From Nemertoderma westbladi (lineage: Eukaryota > Animalia > Xenacoelomorpha): a stretch of 64,000 nt of DNA. This document shows, piece by piece, positions 11,519-24,426 of this stretch. The notes under the pieces were generated by a model. It had not been told where the DNA came from. It worked only from the letters and a program-made list of their open reading frames with translations, and ran no database searches. How positions within the stretch are numbered: position 1 is the stretch's first letter; every line of letters starts with the position of its first letter. The stretch lies in the NCBI GenBank assembly GCA_032718475.1, contig JAUCBJ010005463.1, forward strand, positions 6,875-70,874, given 5' to 3'. Both the position numbers and the translations under genes were made by a program.

Positions 11519-11849
11519 CTCCCCCCCATGCTATCTTCCTGGTGAGAAGATAGCATCAACCACTAAGTGCGCTTCAATTCCGCTGGAACTCGATCTACTA
11601 TCGGGTGTGGGGTGGAGTTGTTTTTTCTTGGAGTCGGCTTTCCAGGCTGCTCCCTATGGGTATGATGTCACTACCCTCTGGCGTCTCGTGTCGGGCCGAT
11701 CGTGCGCTTCTTTCACACAACTTTTGTTTTCCCAACACTCTCACCACTCTAACTCCGCTCTAACTCCTCCACTCGAACTTACTCTCTCCTCACACCTGAA
11801 TCGCACTCGCCTGCTCTCTCTCTCGCCAGCAGCTCCTCTCCATACTCCT

Positions 11850-12740
11850 CTCTACTCTCTGCCACTCCCTAAGGCCCTAATCTCTAATGCTACACCTGTG
11901 CTATCATACTATCTACCTTACTACTTACTTGCTAACTATCTAACTCTCCTACTTTCTACTAACTCTCCGACTCTAACTAGCTCTACTAAGTCTAACTCCT
12001 ACTAACTCTTCTAAGTCTCTAACTCCTAGCTCTACTAAGTCTACTAACTCTTAGTACTTCTAGCTCTAACTAAAAACCTCTAACTTTCTACTAACTCTAA
12101 CTAGAACTCTCTAACTATCTACTAATTCTAACTCTACTGCTGCTACCTCTAACTCTGCTACCACCTCTATCTTCGTGGCGCTTGCGGTGCCCACAACCAC
12201 TCTCTGCTACTACTTCCATCTACATGTCGCTTGCGGTGCCCACAACCACTCTACTACTACCTCTACTCTACTACTACCTCTACTCTACGTGGCGCTTGCG
12301 GTGCCCACAACCACTCTGCTTACTACCTCCAACTCTACTAACTCTCTACTACCTCTAACTCTACTAACTCTCTCCTTCCACTACTACCTCTAACTCTACT
12401 AACTCTACTACCTCTACTTCGCTACTACCTCTACTTCCTGGCACCCTATGTGCCCTCTCTACTACTCTACTACCTGGCACCCTATGTGCCCTCTCTACTA
12501 CTCTACTACCTGGAACCACTCTCTGCTACTACTTTCTACGTGGCGCTTCCGGTGCCCACAACCCCTCTCTTACTACTTTCTACGTGGCACTTCCGTTGCC
12601 CACAACCACTCTGCTTACTACTCGTGGCATGTTAATATGCCACACTCCCTTACCCCGCCGCCTTCTAACTTAACTTCTACTTTACTTACTACTAACTATC
12701 TGACTACGAACACCTTACTATCTTCTACTAACTATTTATT
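11850..12740. repeat. CTA/CTCTA low-complexity tract with interspersed CGTGGCGCTTGCGGTGCCCACAACCACTCT repeats (element C 3' region)
   Basis: Extreme strand asymmetry (G-poor on +); about 5 copies of the 30-bp GC-rich unit. Confidence 0.8.
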
Positions 12741-12852
12741 ATACAATTATTTTATTATTTATTTTTAATTAAATAATTAATTTTTGTGGGAAGGGCGTCT
12801 CGCCCTCATTCCCACCCCCCTCAGTCCAAAATATTGGACGACTAAACTCCAC

Positions 12853-14950
12853 CTAACTAGGGCGATTCTTCCAACAGGCACTCTCCCACTGCTCCCCTTG
12901 TAGGTCCTGTAGGATTCGCCACACTCTCCTCGCCAATTCCAACTGACCAGGAATTGGTTCTCCCTCTTCCGCCACCCTAAAATCGGGTCTCTCCGCCGCC
13001 TTCTTAACTATCTCGTCTCCTGGCATCAAAATGCCACCTCCCACCTTGTTATCTCCTGGCGGCAGAATGAATAGAAAGTGAAAGAACAGGCAAAACAGAA
13101 GGTACAATAGTAGTCCTATCCCTTTCCATCCTGTCTTCCTACTCGAGTTCCCCCTTGTCGGTATGCCTCCCAACCGGACCGGCGTCTCTTCCGGACACTC
13201 CTCTGGACACTCCTTCCGACGCTCCTCCGGGCACTCCCCCGGAGTGTTGTCCTCCGGACATCTCGCCGTCCGCTCCTCTCCATCTCCATGCCGATACTTG
13301 CTGGGAAATCTATTCTCCTCCGCCCACTCTCTTACTGTTACTTCCCTGTCTGGCTCTACTATCTCCTGTTTCTCCTCTTCGTCCTCTGCGTCTACGGTGC
13401 CTGGTAACATGCACCCTGATGTCTCTGTCACACTGCATGGGATCTTGGTTTTAACTGGGCCGCTAAGCATCCATCCGAACGGCGTGAGGATCGCCGTCGG
13501 GTCCCTTCGCCGAAGACCGTCTTTGTTCTCTCGTGGGCCGTCGGGCAGTCCATTCCTACTATAATGGATACCTTCCTAACGTCCACCTCTGGTATTGAGA
13601 AATCGATACCGTCCAGGAATCTATATTGTTTGACCTCAATGTTGGTTGGTCGCCTGGCGTTGATATTTATCAATTCTATGACGTGGATGGGGTTGATCGT
13701 CGCCCCATAGTCGCATCCCGGTGCATCGCTGATATCTTACACCGCCCCGTCCTCATCTCCAGGACCTCATCCTTACTTGATACGGTAGTTACCGCCATTC
13801 TATTCGGCCTTGTCTTTAGCCCTATCTCTTCGGCCACCCAGTTCTCCACCAGCGTGAAGGCTGCTCCGCTGTCGACCAGCATTAATGTCGTTACTGATCG
13901 ACCGCCCTCTCCTGATATCTTCACTGGTACTACCCCGAGTAGTACTTTTCTCTTGTTTCTTGCCACTGTCGTGCTTGTAGCCATTGTTTGGCCTCCAGTC
14001 TCGGACTCTCTAACTGCTGTTTCTCTACACTCTCCGGATCTGTGTCCTTCTACCACACATCGATGACATAGTCTGTTTGCGTCTGTGTAGGCTATACGAT
14101 CTTGTTTGGGCAACGCTTGCCAGTGCTTACAACTCATGGTCTTATGGGTTCCGTCCCGATGTAATTGACATTTGAATCCTGTATTATAGCGTTTCCTGTA
14201 TAGTCCCTCACGTATCGCGCGTAGGTTTATATCTACCGATTTAGTGTTTTGGTTATCTGTACTCGGCCTACTGGGTATACTGGGATTGTGTTTATTTGTG
14301 GTGTTATTTTCTTTCTGTCCCTGCCATGGTGTGGCCCTACTACCAGCTAACTGTGGACTAGCAGTCCCCTGTGTGGCCGCGTGTGGTAGTGACTGTTTTA
14401 CTCTTGAGAATGGGTTTGTCGGATTATGTTCGGGTCTAGGCCTGTTGTATTCGGTCTTTGGTGCCTTCCCCAAACTATCCTCACTATAGACTGGGATTTG
14501 TCGCGTCGGATATATCATTGGGGGTAACGGCCCCCTCCATATTTCCGTGTCGCACGACCTGTTCTCGTCCAGGGGGTTCGATGTTCTTATTGCTGTTCGA
14601 GTATATTGTTGATATCGTGATGGGGGAATGTCACCCTGTCCCCCCCCCCCCCCCACCGGTATGTTTGGTACTGGGGTTGATGTTAATATATTGGGGCCCA
14701 TACATCTATCTGCAATATCTCTCCCCTCCCCTGGATATATGTTATGTCCCTGTGTATTATAGTCATGCTGCCATACCGATATAGGCCTACCCACTTCTTG
14801 CCTACCTACCGGTATGTACTCCGCGGCTTCCGGGTTTAATCCCGTCGTCCGCGCTACCCTATCGCCTATTCTATCTCTCCTAGCATGGCCTATAATAGTA
14901 TGTGCAGTAAGGCCTACAGTATGTCCTGCAGTCTGCATGTGCCCTTCCAA
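12853..14950 (-). pseudogene. Element C Gag C-terminus and aspartic protease, frameshifted
   Basis: CQLHRDGTHKTMSC and CHRCVVEGHRSGEC knuckles; VLLGVVPVKI..MLVDSGAAFTLV protease; VSIIVGMD and MLSGP segments in the following ORFs 13428-13673 and 12853-13470. Confidence 0.7.
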
Positions 14951-14990
14951 ACCGAAGTTTAATTCTCTCGAATCTCGAATCTCCCCGCGA

Positions 14991-17587
14991 CTACCGTACT
15001 CTCGATCGGCAGCTACATCCCGTCGGGAAGTTTCTCTTCGATCCCCTATCCTGCTCTTGTCTTGTCTCTCCTGGCGTGCGGTGCGTTTCTCCGGGGCGAC
15101 GGCAATCTCCTGAAGTTCGACCCCACTGACTCCCTAACTCCATCTCTACTATCGACGGCTCGCTATCCATCCTCGCTCTCCGGTTGCTCCTAGCAACGAC
15201 CCTTCTATTGTCTTCACTTCTTCTCTCTTCGACCTTCCGATTAAACTCTACTAATCTTCTTCTATCTTCGGGATCCCGTCTTTCTTTCTTTCTTTCTGTT
15301 CTTCTTTCTTCGACCTCTCGGTTAAACTCTACTAATCTACTCTCGGCGCTAACAGCTGACTCTACTCTGTCCGGTTGGACCTTCCTGGGGATACTTGCCA
15401 TCCCCCTACTATACTCCGGCGTCGGGTGCCGCGGTTCACCTAACTTGCCCCGCGCATTATCCGCCGACGCCTGTGGGACACTCTCTGCCCCCCCCCCCTC
15501 TCTCGCTACTAATCTCTCGTGGTGGGGCGCCCGTAGCCCCCCCACCCGCTACTTCTAACTTCACTATCTCTTACTACACTTCTGCGTCCCTCTTGTCGGA
15601 CATTCTCTACCCCCCCTTCTCTCGCCACTAATCTTCCGTGGTGGGGCGCCCATAGCCCCCCCCCCCCCCCACTCGCTACTTCTAACTTCACTATCTCTTA
15701 CTACACTTCTACACCCCTCTTGTGGGGCATTCTCTGCCCCCCTCTCTCGCCACTAATCTTCCGTGGTGGGGTGCCCGTAGCCCCCCCCCCCTCACCACAT
15801 CTAACGTCACTATTTCTAACTTCACTTCTATACCCCTCTCTAGTCGACGCACTAACTCTACTGGGGCTGGGTCTATTCACCCCCGCCTCTTCCTCTACTA
15901 CTGCGTGGCCTACCAGGCCCACCTCGGGTTGACTCAACCCCGCTGCTTCCTGCCTACTAACTACGTGGCCTACCAGGCCCACCTCGGGTTGACTCAACCC
16001 CGCTGCTTCCTGCCTACTGACTACGTGGCCTACCAGGCCCTCATTGGGGTTTCTCTCCCCCGCCACCTCCTGCCTACTAACTACGTGGCCTACCAGGCCC
16101 CCATTTGCCGGGTTATGCACATCCGCCACGTTCATATTAATAGCACCATTCCCAATATTATCTGTTAAATCAATTAAATCTCCTAAATCAATTAAATTAT
16201 TCGAATTATTAGAGTTTGAAACGGGATTATTATTTAAATTATTTTGTGTGCTTAGATTTAAATTATTTGAATTATTTTGCGTAATTATATTTGAATTAAT
16301 ATTATTATTTGGATTTAAGTTTAAATTGCCGGGTAAAATATTTCCTGTAATAAAGGGATTAGGGTTATCTACTACGGTACTATTAAAACCAACTACCCCT
16401 AACGTACTATTATTACCCCCCCCCCCCCCCCGCCCGTACGGCTACACCGGTTCTGATTCTGTCACCCGTTGCTTGTAAGTGGGGTCTCACTCTCTGATAG
16501 TCCCAACCGCGCCAGTTCTAGTCGGCGCTTCTGTATGGTTTGATATCGCATAAGCCCCCTTAGGCGGGCATGCAAATCATCCCGCACACGCTTTGCCTCT
16601 ATCTCTCTCTCTCCTCTCGTATACTCTGCTCGGTCAACTCTGCCCCTCTCGCAACCATCTCAAACCGTCTCGCCGGCTCGTCCTCTACTCTCATCTCCCG
16701 CTCCACACGCTCCTCGACTCCCTCCCTATACTCCCTCGCCAACTCTCCTAACCTCTCTAATAATGCGGTTTCCTCTCTCAATTGTCTCTCTAATTCTTTC
16801 TGATCTAGCGCCGCAACTCTCAATTTATACGCCAGATTTATCTCCAACACCCGTCTTACTTATCGTCTTACAACACCCGTCGCCCCTCCGTCCTACTAAC
16901 TTTCCCCCGCTTTCCGGGGTTCTCGCTGACCAACTAGACCGAATCCTCGGAGTTAACCTCGGATTCGCCCTCGTGCGGTCCCCTCCAACCCGCTAATTTT
17001 ACTCCCTGGGCATCGACTAAGTATGGTCCTACGTACACTACGCTAGGTTCCATACCCCTACATTCCCATAGTTCGAACAGTTCGCTGGCAACCACTCTCG
17101 CTCTCTCGCTGGCTAGTTCTCCCTGCCCAAAATGCATTAGGTAATCAAAATGTCTGTTCGACTCACCTAGCCACTTTTCTAACTTTACCTCGTCTATCTT
17201 GGCCCCTCCTCTGGCTTCGCTCAGTTGCTTCCGGGCCGCGAGATAGGCTCGTCGGAGCCGGTCGCTGACTCCGACGTCCTCGTCGCCGACATCTCCTCTA
17301 TCCATCTGTGTCCGGCGTCGTACCGGCGGCCCCACCGTCGCTGTTCCGGTGGGCTGTCCGTCGCCTTCGGCCTGTGGCTGGCCGGCGGCATCGGTACGTC
17401 GACCGCCGTCGTGCGTCGACTCGTCTCTCCCTTCTCGTTGTAGACGGCCCCCCTCCGCTTGGATTGCCGGATCGTCTGTAGTCGACGGATCCGGCGTCGT
17501 GGGTCGATACCGTCTCGCCGTGGCCTCGCGGATCGTTAGGTTGTCGTCCGGGGTCCGCGGCGGTGTCGTCTCTCTCTCTTGACTCAT
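14991..17587 (-). pseudogene. Element C Gag N-terminal region, broken into several ORFs with internal tandem repeats
   Basis: ORFs 16934-17587, 16599-16850, 15701-16135 and 14991-15545 on the element sense strand; 60-bp repeats (GLVGHVVSRQE x4) at 15901-16100; ~115-bp repeats at 15470-15800. Confidence 0.5.
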
Positions 17588-17726
17588 CTTTACTCTCTCG
17601 GTGGCTAGCAGTCACAGTCTCAGGCAACTTGGGAATTTGTTACTGTTAGGGCAGCTGCTAAGAATTTGTTACTGTTAGGGCAGCTGCTAAGATTTTGTTA
17701 TTTAGGGCAGGAGTACTTTGTTACTC

Positions 17727-18260
17727 TTTATCCGGTTGTTTGCTTACGCGTCCCCGCCGTGTGTATGTGGAAAGAGTTCTGGTTGAGAGTCTAAGTATCC
17801 TTGGTATGTATAATAACTGAGAACAGATGATTGATAATAACTGAATGAGTACCGGTAAGATAGTAACTGAATGATGATGGTGGCGACGACGGTAACAAAG
17901 TCACCGCTCTGCCCTGACTGCACTGAGATAACTGAGCAAATAACATGGTTACCGGTAGTATATATTGCACCGTTGGCCGCATTACATTACGCAGTCGATG
18001 CTTGCCCTCCCATTGGCTGATAGCTCACTTCTCGCCCTCCCATCTCTCTAGGAGTGTTCCTCCCCCGCTACTGTTATTCTCTCTCCCCTGGAGGTATAAC
18101 CTCTGACCCCTATTGTGCGTATGCCCTCTGGGGTTTCTTTTCCCCATTTTATTGGGGTGATACAAGGTTGATTGGTAATCAACCTTGTACTCCCAATATT
18201 GCTTAAGGCGCTCTTTCCCACTTTATGGGGGTTGGTGTGGCGGAATTGAATACGCTCACA
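17727..18260 (-). repeat. 5' LTR of element C, lacking its last ~24 bp and any PBS
   Basis: Aligns to 10985-11518. Confidence 0.88.
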
Positions 18261-18820
18261 ATTGGGAAAGGGGCATCACAGTTTTTACCTAAGAAAGAGT
18301 AGAATTTGTGACAGTTACCCATGCGCATTTTGATTTCGTCTTTGATCTGTTTCGCAATTAGGTTGATATCATTGCTCCGAGGTAGACATGAGAGCACATG
18401 AGAAATCTCGGTATCGCCCAACTTTATAGGATACTGATCACTTTCTGCCGAAGATGAGGTAAGAGACCTGGATTTCTTTGGGTGAAGGATCCTTCCTATT
18501 TTATCACTGACACTTTTTAGGATGTTGAGTTTCTCAATTAGCATGTTCCGGTTGGTTGCAAATATGCGTCATCATCCATAAGGAGAGGGTACCATGAAGA
18601 GCCCCTAACCAGTCATCCGGTCCGTTCTTTTCGATTTCTGTTATTGTGGGGTCAATGTGGTTACAAAATAGTGGGCAGCTAGAAGGTTTCCCTGGCCGAC
18701 ACCGGGTGAGCTTTCAAAAGATGCACCACCAATAATATTTGTTGTCTTCAACATAGTTTGTGCAAGGGCCCTGATGAAGCTTCCACCGCACCCCTGTTAT
18801 TTCAGTCGTCGTAGCAAGAC
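18261..18820 (-). pseudogene. Old LINE ORF2, RT core fragment
   Basis: Minus-strand PGVGQG motif; LMDD at ~18570-18583; FATNRNMLIEKLNIL..LHPKKS; NCDAPFPI. Confidence 0.7.
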
Positions 18821-18829
18821 TATCCTGTT

Positions 18830-19170
18830 ATATATATATTTTACTCACCAATATATTTTTTAATGATGTTCAACAATATATATTTTTCTCACCGATATAT
18901 TATTTCATGATATTCACCAATATATACTGTATTTTTCTCACCAATATATTTTTTCATAAGTTCACCAATATATTTTTTTTCTGACCAATATTTCTTTTTG
19001 TCACCAATATTTATTTTTGTCACCAATATTTATTTTTTTCCTCACTACTATATATTTTCACTCATAAATATTTTATTTTTCTCACTAAAATATATTTTTT
19101 CTCACTAATATATATTTTTCTGACTAATTTATATTTTTTTCTCACTAATATACAGTATATTTTTTCTGAC
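18830..19170. repeat. AT-rich ~20-bp tandem repeat (TTTTCTCACCAATATAT-like) interrupting the LINE
   Basis: About 15 degenerate units. Confidence 0.75.
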
Positions 19171-19194
19171 CTTTTTTCATTAACGGTGCCCCAT

Positions 19195-19797
19195 AAAAGT
19201 ATTCCTGTAAATATGTCATTGAAACACATGGTTAGGGAGATTAACCAATAATTGTTTAAGAGTTTTAAGATCCCTGGAGGTAGACCATCTACACACCCGC
19301 CGATTTTGAGGCGTCGATTTTAAATTTCGCTAGACATTTGGCAACTTAATTTGGGTTTATTTCATCTAAAATAGGAATTACAGTCTCAATTGGACCTATT
19401 TTATTGTTTACAACGTCTTGAAGGGTTTAGAGAGATTTCCTTGCAGTTAACAGTTCCTCATATTGCAATCAAGACGTACTATATACAAGGCCATGCCATC
19501 GAGTTAACTGGGGGCGGTGACTGGGGGCAAGATTTTTTTTCAGTATGAGTTCCTCATATTGCATTCCAGATCGATTTTGAGTCACCTTTGCTTGCTAACC
19601 AATGCCATCTGCTTTCAGACTTCTTATTACTCTGGCTGCGGTTAGCCATAGTGTATGTAACTGTCTCGGTGCTTTGACTTAGCTTAGACTTGATTAAAGA
19701 ATTAGTTATCTTTGAATGCACTGCATCACCCCCTATTGGAGCAGGGTTTTCATTCAAATGGGTCTTAAACTTGAGGTGATTGATTGAATTGTATGAC
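19195..19797 (-). pseudogene. Old LINE ORF2, linker and RT N-terminal fragment
   Basis: Minus-strand DSKSIWNAI and CVDGLPPGILKLL..SLTMCFNDIF motifs. Confidence 0.65.
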
Positions 19798-19802
19798 AGT
19801 TT

Positions 19803-20014
19803 TGTTCGCGCTTTTAGACCTTAGCAGTTTAACCTGCCAATTTTAGTTGTCTTCTTGTTTATAAATCGACTTTAGCCTAGACCAATTATTTAGTGTACTA
19901 AAGTTACATCCGCCGAAGCCAGTCTGTGCGCGATCATTCACCCACAGTTAAGGGAGACTGGATTCGGGCGCTTTGAAAGTTATTGCTGTGCAGACCTACT
20001 GTATTATTCGATTG
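19803..20014 (-). repeat. Older solo LTR of the A/B family, left piece
   Basis: Starts TGTTCGCG after AGTTT (19798-19802); diverged copy of the start of 20020-21192; continues at 42775. Confidence 0.85.
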
Positions 20015-20019
20015 ATCGT

Positions 20020-21192
20020 TGTTCGCGGTTTTAGACCTTTAGCAGTTTAACCTGCCAAATTTAGGTGTCTTCTAGGTTATATATCGACTTTAGCCTATAA
20101 CAAGTATTTGATACACATAAAGTTACATTAGCCGAAGCCAGCCTATGCGCGATCATTCACCCACGGTTAAGGGAGACTGGATTCGGATGCTCTGACCTTA
20201 TTGCGGTGTAGACCTACTGTATTATTCGATTGATCGTTACTATAATATCTCTGACAAATATTATTCACTTTCGGGAAATATTAACAGTTCCTTTAGGACG
20301 TGGCGCTCTAAGTATGTAAACAGAGTTATGACTTACACTAGACACAATGGGATGGCTATTGATTTTCGTATAAGGCGCATTCTTTAGGAAATGCTTTGTT
20401 ATCTATCACACTCATGCACAATACCGCACACTGCTGCACACTGATCTGCCGACCTTCACTAATTTTAATCATATATAAGGAGAACAGCAACTGACACATG
20501 TAGGGTCTATGAAATAGCATTCATTTCACTCCAAAACCACTATAATGTGAGTCGCAATTGCTATATGTAACCGGTCTCTCTAACCTTCAGTATATCAAGA
20601 AGATTGGGGTTTTCTGATTATTCATCGATATTCTCCAAATATAACAACATTTCATCAAATGATAACACTTAATAACCGACAGTAAATAGCAGTAAAATAA
20701 TGCGGTGAAAGGTCTGTAATGCATTGAATTATGTCGTGATGTACTGATAACAGTTATACGTTTCTATGATCAAAGCCGTTCTAATGTTTGGCTAAAGTCT
20801 GAAACACAGAATAATTCCACAGCCGATGTTCTGGGCTCAGGAAAAAAGGTAAACAAAGACCATAATGCATTGCGCGATTTCCCGGAGGCTTCTGTTCAAA
20901 TAAAATGAAAATCGCTCTGATTGGTCGAGCCGAACAAAGAACAAAGAAAAGCTCTACGTGGACATATCAGCTGATAGATGTCGTCATCTGAACTACACTG
21001 TATCAAGAGTATTTTGGCGTATTGCGGCATAAAATCGCTAGTTATGTCCGCTAAAGTACACATACAGAAAAATGGCTTTTTATGTCCACTAAAACACCTA
21101 TACAGTAAGAAAACGGCTTTTTATGTCCGCTAAAACACCTACAGAGTACTTTGCGGGAAAAATGACTAGCTAGATCCGCAAAAGCCTTTACA
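20020..21192 (-). repeat. 3' LTR of element B
   Basis: Direct repeat of 41604-42774; preceded on the minus strand by PPT-like CTGGGAGCGG. Confidence 0.95.
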
Positions 21193-21270
21193 CCGCTCCC
21201 AGAAAATGGGATTTAATTCTATAAAATATAAAAAATCACAGTTTCTAAAATATAAAAATACTCTAAACAG

Positions 21271-22987
21271 TTAGTCTTTCTTGCGCGGACGGCGTTTACG
21301 CAGTTTTTTGAGGCTAGCAAGAGTCCTTTTCTCTTTGGGGCGAGCCACTTTACTAGGAGGGCTATAACTCCTGGGTGAAGGGTGCAATATAATTGCATCG
21401 GAAGGTTTAGGGTTACGGTCGGTGTGTCCGCCGGTCGAGGTACCCGGTTGATCGGTATCAACCTCAGTGGAACGAGGTCGAACAACCTTGAGAGCGCGTT
21501 TTAAGACAGCAGCTCTTACTGGTCCCTGACGGGTCGTTTGCACGAGAGCGGTAGGTGGACCGTGTGTAGTGAGAAATTTCCTCGGTTTGATGATTCTTTC
21601 CAACTCGCGTTCTCAGGCTCTATCGGATCGATATGCTTCTCCTCGAGCTGATTTTCCTCCGCTTGTCGTTGAAAGCATTCGTCCAAAACTCTTGCAGAAA
21701 GTAGAGTCGTCCAAGTTCGATATCTTCTTAGAGATTCTGGATTTCCTGATCGAACTGAGATAAAGCTAATTCGTTTACCGCTTGGACTTGCTGCTGCAAT
21801 TTACGTTTCTCTAAACAATTGTAGGTTCCTTTTCCGATCTTTTGACGAATAGTGTCCAACGCGTTTCGTACAACTCTCTCCTCCACCTCGGTGACAGGTT
21901 GTATCGGGTTAAACCGGGACGATGATACGGTTGAATGGCGATATTAGATGTCCGCGTCCCAATCCGGCTAGGTAAGATGGGCGAATATCTAGGGAGCCCA
22001 CAACCGGAGTGCCACCGACTAATTGTTCGGGTAACACTAGATCTTTGAACAGTGAGTACAGTTCGGGAGGATCCGTGATACTATTAGGATCAAGAGTCTG
22101 AGGTCTCACTAGGGAGTGAGGAGGTCTGACCGAGTATTCCGGAACTCTGATCATAGGTTTATTTAAGGATCGTTTGAGTCGAGCGAGCGTAGGTGATACA
22201 TCGAACAAGTTTCGCTCGAAACTCCCGTAAATATAGCGAGTAAAACTGTGTTTAGAGCAACGTCTCCGCGGATGTTTATGTCTTTCCGTTTGTTGGTTGG
22301 GTCTTGGGCATTCATCGCAATAATACCAAAGACGCACGTCTTGTAGGGGAAACGCGGGTGATATTTATCTCCAGTTTTACAATATTCCTCCATCTGTTCG
22401 AAGCTATCTGGGACGACAGGTAGCGGTCGATCGGCGGTAAGATACATCATAGTGAAATAGAGCCGTTTGAGTTCTATCATAGGGTCATGATGTATACCTT
22501 GAGGATATCGAGTTTCTAGATTTTGTTGACTGGCAATATTGAGATATGTTTCTCTCAAGAATTCCAGATAATCGTTGAAGTCGCTGCGTTTATCCGGCTC
22601 TTCAACGTCTTCTCTTTCGAGTCGGTTCCGAATAGAATTCTCGTGTTCTATTCTCGGTTTATCGTTCCGACTCCGCTGGGTATGATATTTAAATAGAACC
22701 ATTTCCCTTTCGGTGTCTACATCGTCCGTATCGTGTAAATCGATAGGATGGCCAGTAGTTAAGAAGTCCATATACGTACCATTACGATGCGTATAGCGAG
22801 CGGTGAATTTTCTATAGTCCAATTCACGCGTAAGTTGCTCCTGGGACATCGGCGGTTCGATATAACGACCATCGTCCTCCGTAGTAGTTGGACTAGCGTC
22901 GCCGCGTATCAAGCTATCAACAAACGCTTGTAAAGGTAGAGTATATCGCTCCCTGATACCAAGATCATCTTCTATCAACTCAGTCAT
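21271..22987 (-). pseudogene. Extra 3' ORF (ORF3) of element B, frameshifted
   Basis: The N-terminal ~124 aa (MTELIEDDLGIRERYTLPL..) and C-terminal ~110 aa match ORF3 of A. The middle segment (incl. YYCDECPRP..H..C) is absent from A. Confidence 0.75.
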
Positions 22988-24426
22988 AGCTGCTATATGA
23001 GTTTATTAATATTATAATGAGTTTATAATTAGGCTAGCGGGCGTCGCTGCCTACCCCTCTCGGCCCCCGGACAGTGCAAGATCCTCAGCGCCGATGTACC
23101 GTCGTCGCTGTGTTTTTCGCCAACGTAGTAGCTACACAACGACAACGATAACCGGCACAAGTCACTCCACTGTCCGTCCCAAAGGCTTAGATTTACTTCA
23201 GGTTCTTACTGCAGAGGTAGGGCTACTTTCACAATTGCGACTCGCTACTGTAAACACACTTTAGTAGTAACATTCACCTATAAACGCACAAATTCCACAC
23301 AACTGTCACAAATTGTACACATTCGGGCCATTTGTCCGTTAGTCAAGTGCCTTCCAGAATGCCACGTTATTATTATGTATCCTTGGATACTAGCAGTGTA
23401 CTATTTATTCCCTATGCTATTCAATGGGGCAAGCTTTCTATTGTTCTTTTAACTCGCTTCTAATTCTAGCGTGGTTGTTACTATGGTGACATTATGGAAA
23501 GCTAGCGGTAGAATTAGGGTAATTTCCATGCATACAGATCTGGGATGCTATTTAATAGTAATTCTTTAATTGTCAATATCCCTTTTATACATGATTTTAT
23601 GAATTTTATCAGCTATTGACTATATATTGGAGATTCTCGCACACTAATACACTTAATAGAGTGAATCTCCGCTCCCATGATCTATTAATTAATGGAATTT
23701 TGGGAATATTATAAATTGTATAAAATGACAATTTATCAAATTCATTAAAAGAGATGAATTTAAATTTATTCCCGTAAATTTTATTATTTATCCTTAAAAC
23801 AGACATAATTTTATTCCAGAGCATGTCTGGTGACTAGGATCCTTAATTCTAGGAAATTTGTCCTTTTAAGAGTATCGGTAAGTGCTACGATATCTTAATC
23901 GACTAGAATTTTAAAGGATCTACATTTTAACAGATTTGGATTTATAGAATTTCTAGAGTTAACTCGTAAGTATTTACTCTATTGTATCTGTTTGACAGAT
24001 TTTATAAATATTAATAGTTAATATTTAAGATGGGCACCGGTTTATTCCAGAACATGTCTGGGGACGTTAACCACTGATTCTAGAATTTTGTCTTTCAAGT
24101 ATATCGGTGGGTGCCGCGATATCTTAATCGACTAGAATTACAGATGGTCAAAGGGTTTAACAGATTTATTTTGCGTTTTACGCTACTGTTAAAGGGACAT
24201 CACGCTACTATATGTATTATTTAATATACGGTATGAGAGCAATATCGCAAGAAGCAATGTCAGTGAGAAGAGGCAAGTCGTTTCCAAGGTCTACCCAGAG
24301 CTTGGTTTAGCCGAGACACAAGGATCTGAATTTTGCATTCCTAATACTCTACTTACCAATAATACTTGAATATAGTAGGAGCTTTATTGTACTTTAATAA
24401 GTACGGACATTTCATCTTACTGTAGT

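Larger units (their letters stand above)
10961..18260 (-). mobile_element. Non-autonomous LTR retrotransposon C (BEL-like Gag plus protease only)
   Basis: Near-identical direct repeats 10961-11518 and 17727-18260; outer TG..CA ends; PPT GGGGGGGAG at 11519-11527 (minus); imperfect 5-bp TSD ATTAG/ATTGG; no RT or integrase motifs seen. Confidence 0.85.

Noticed and set aside
11607-12768. Leu/Thr/Tyr-rich ORFs
   Set aside because: Products of low-complexity CTA repeats on the antisense strand of element C.
21271-22987. ORF3 as an env gene
   Set aside because: No signal peptide, transmembrane helix or fusion-protein features are visible in either copy.
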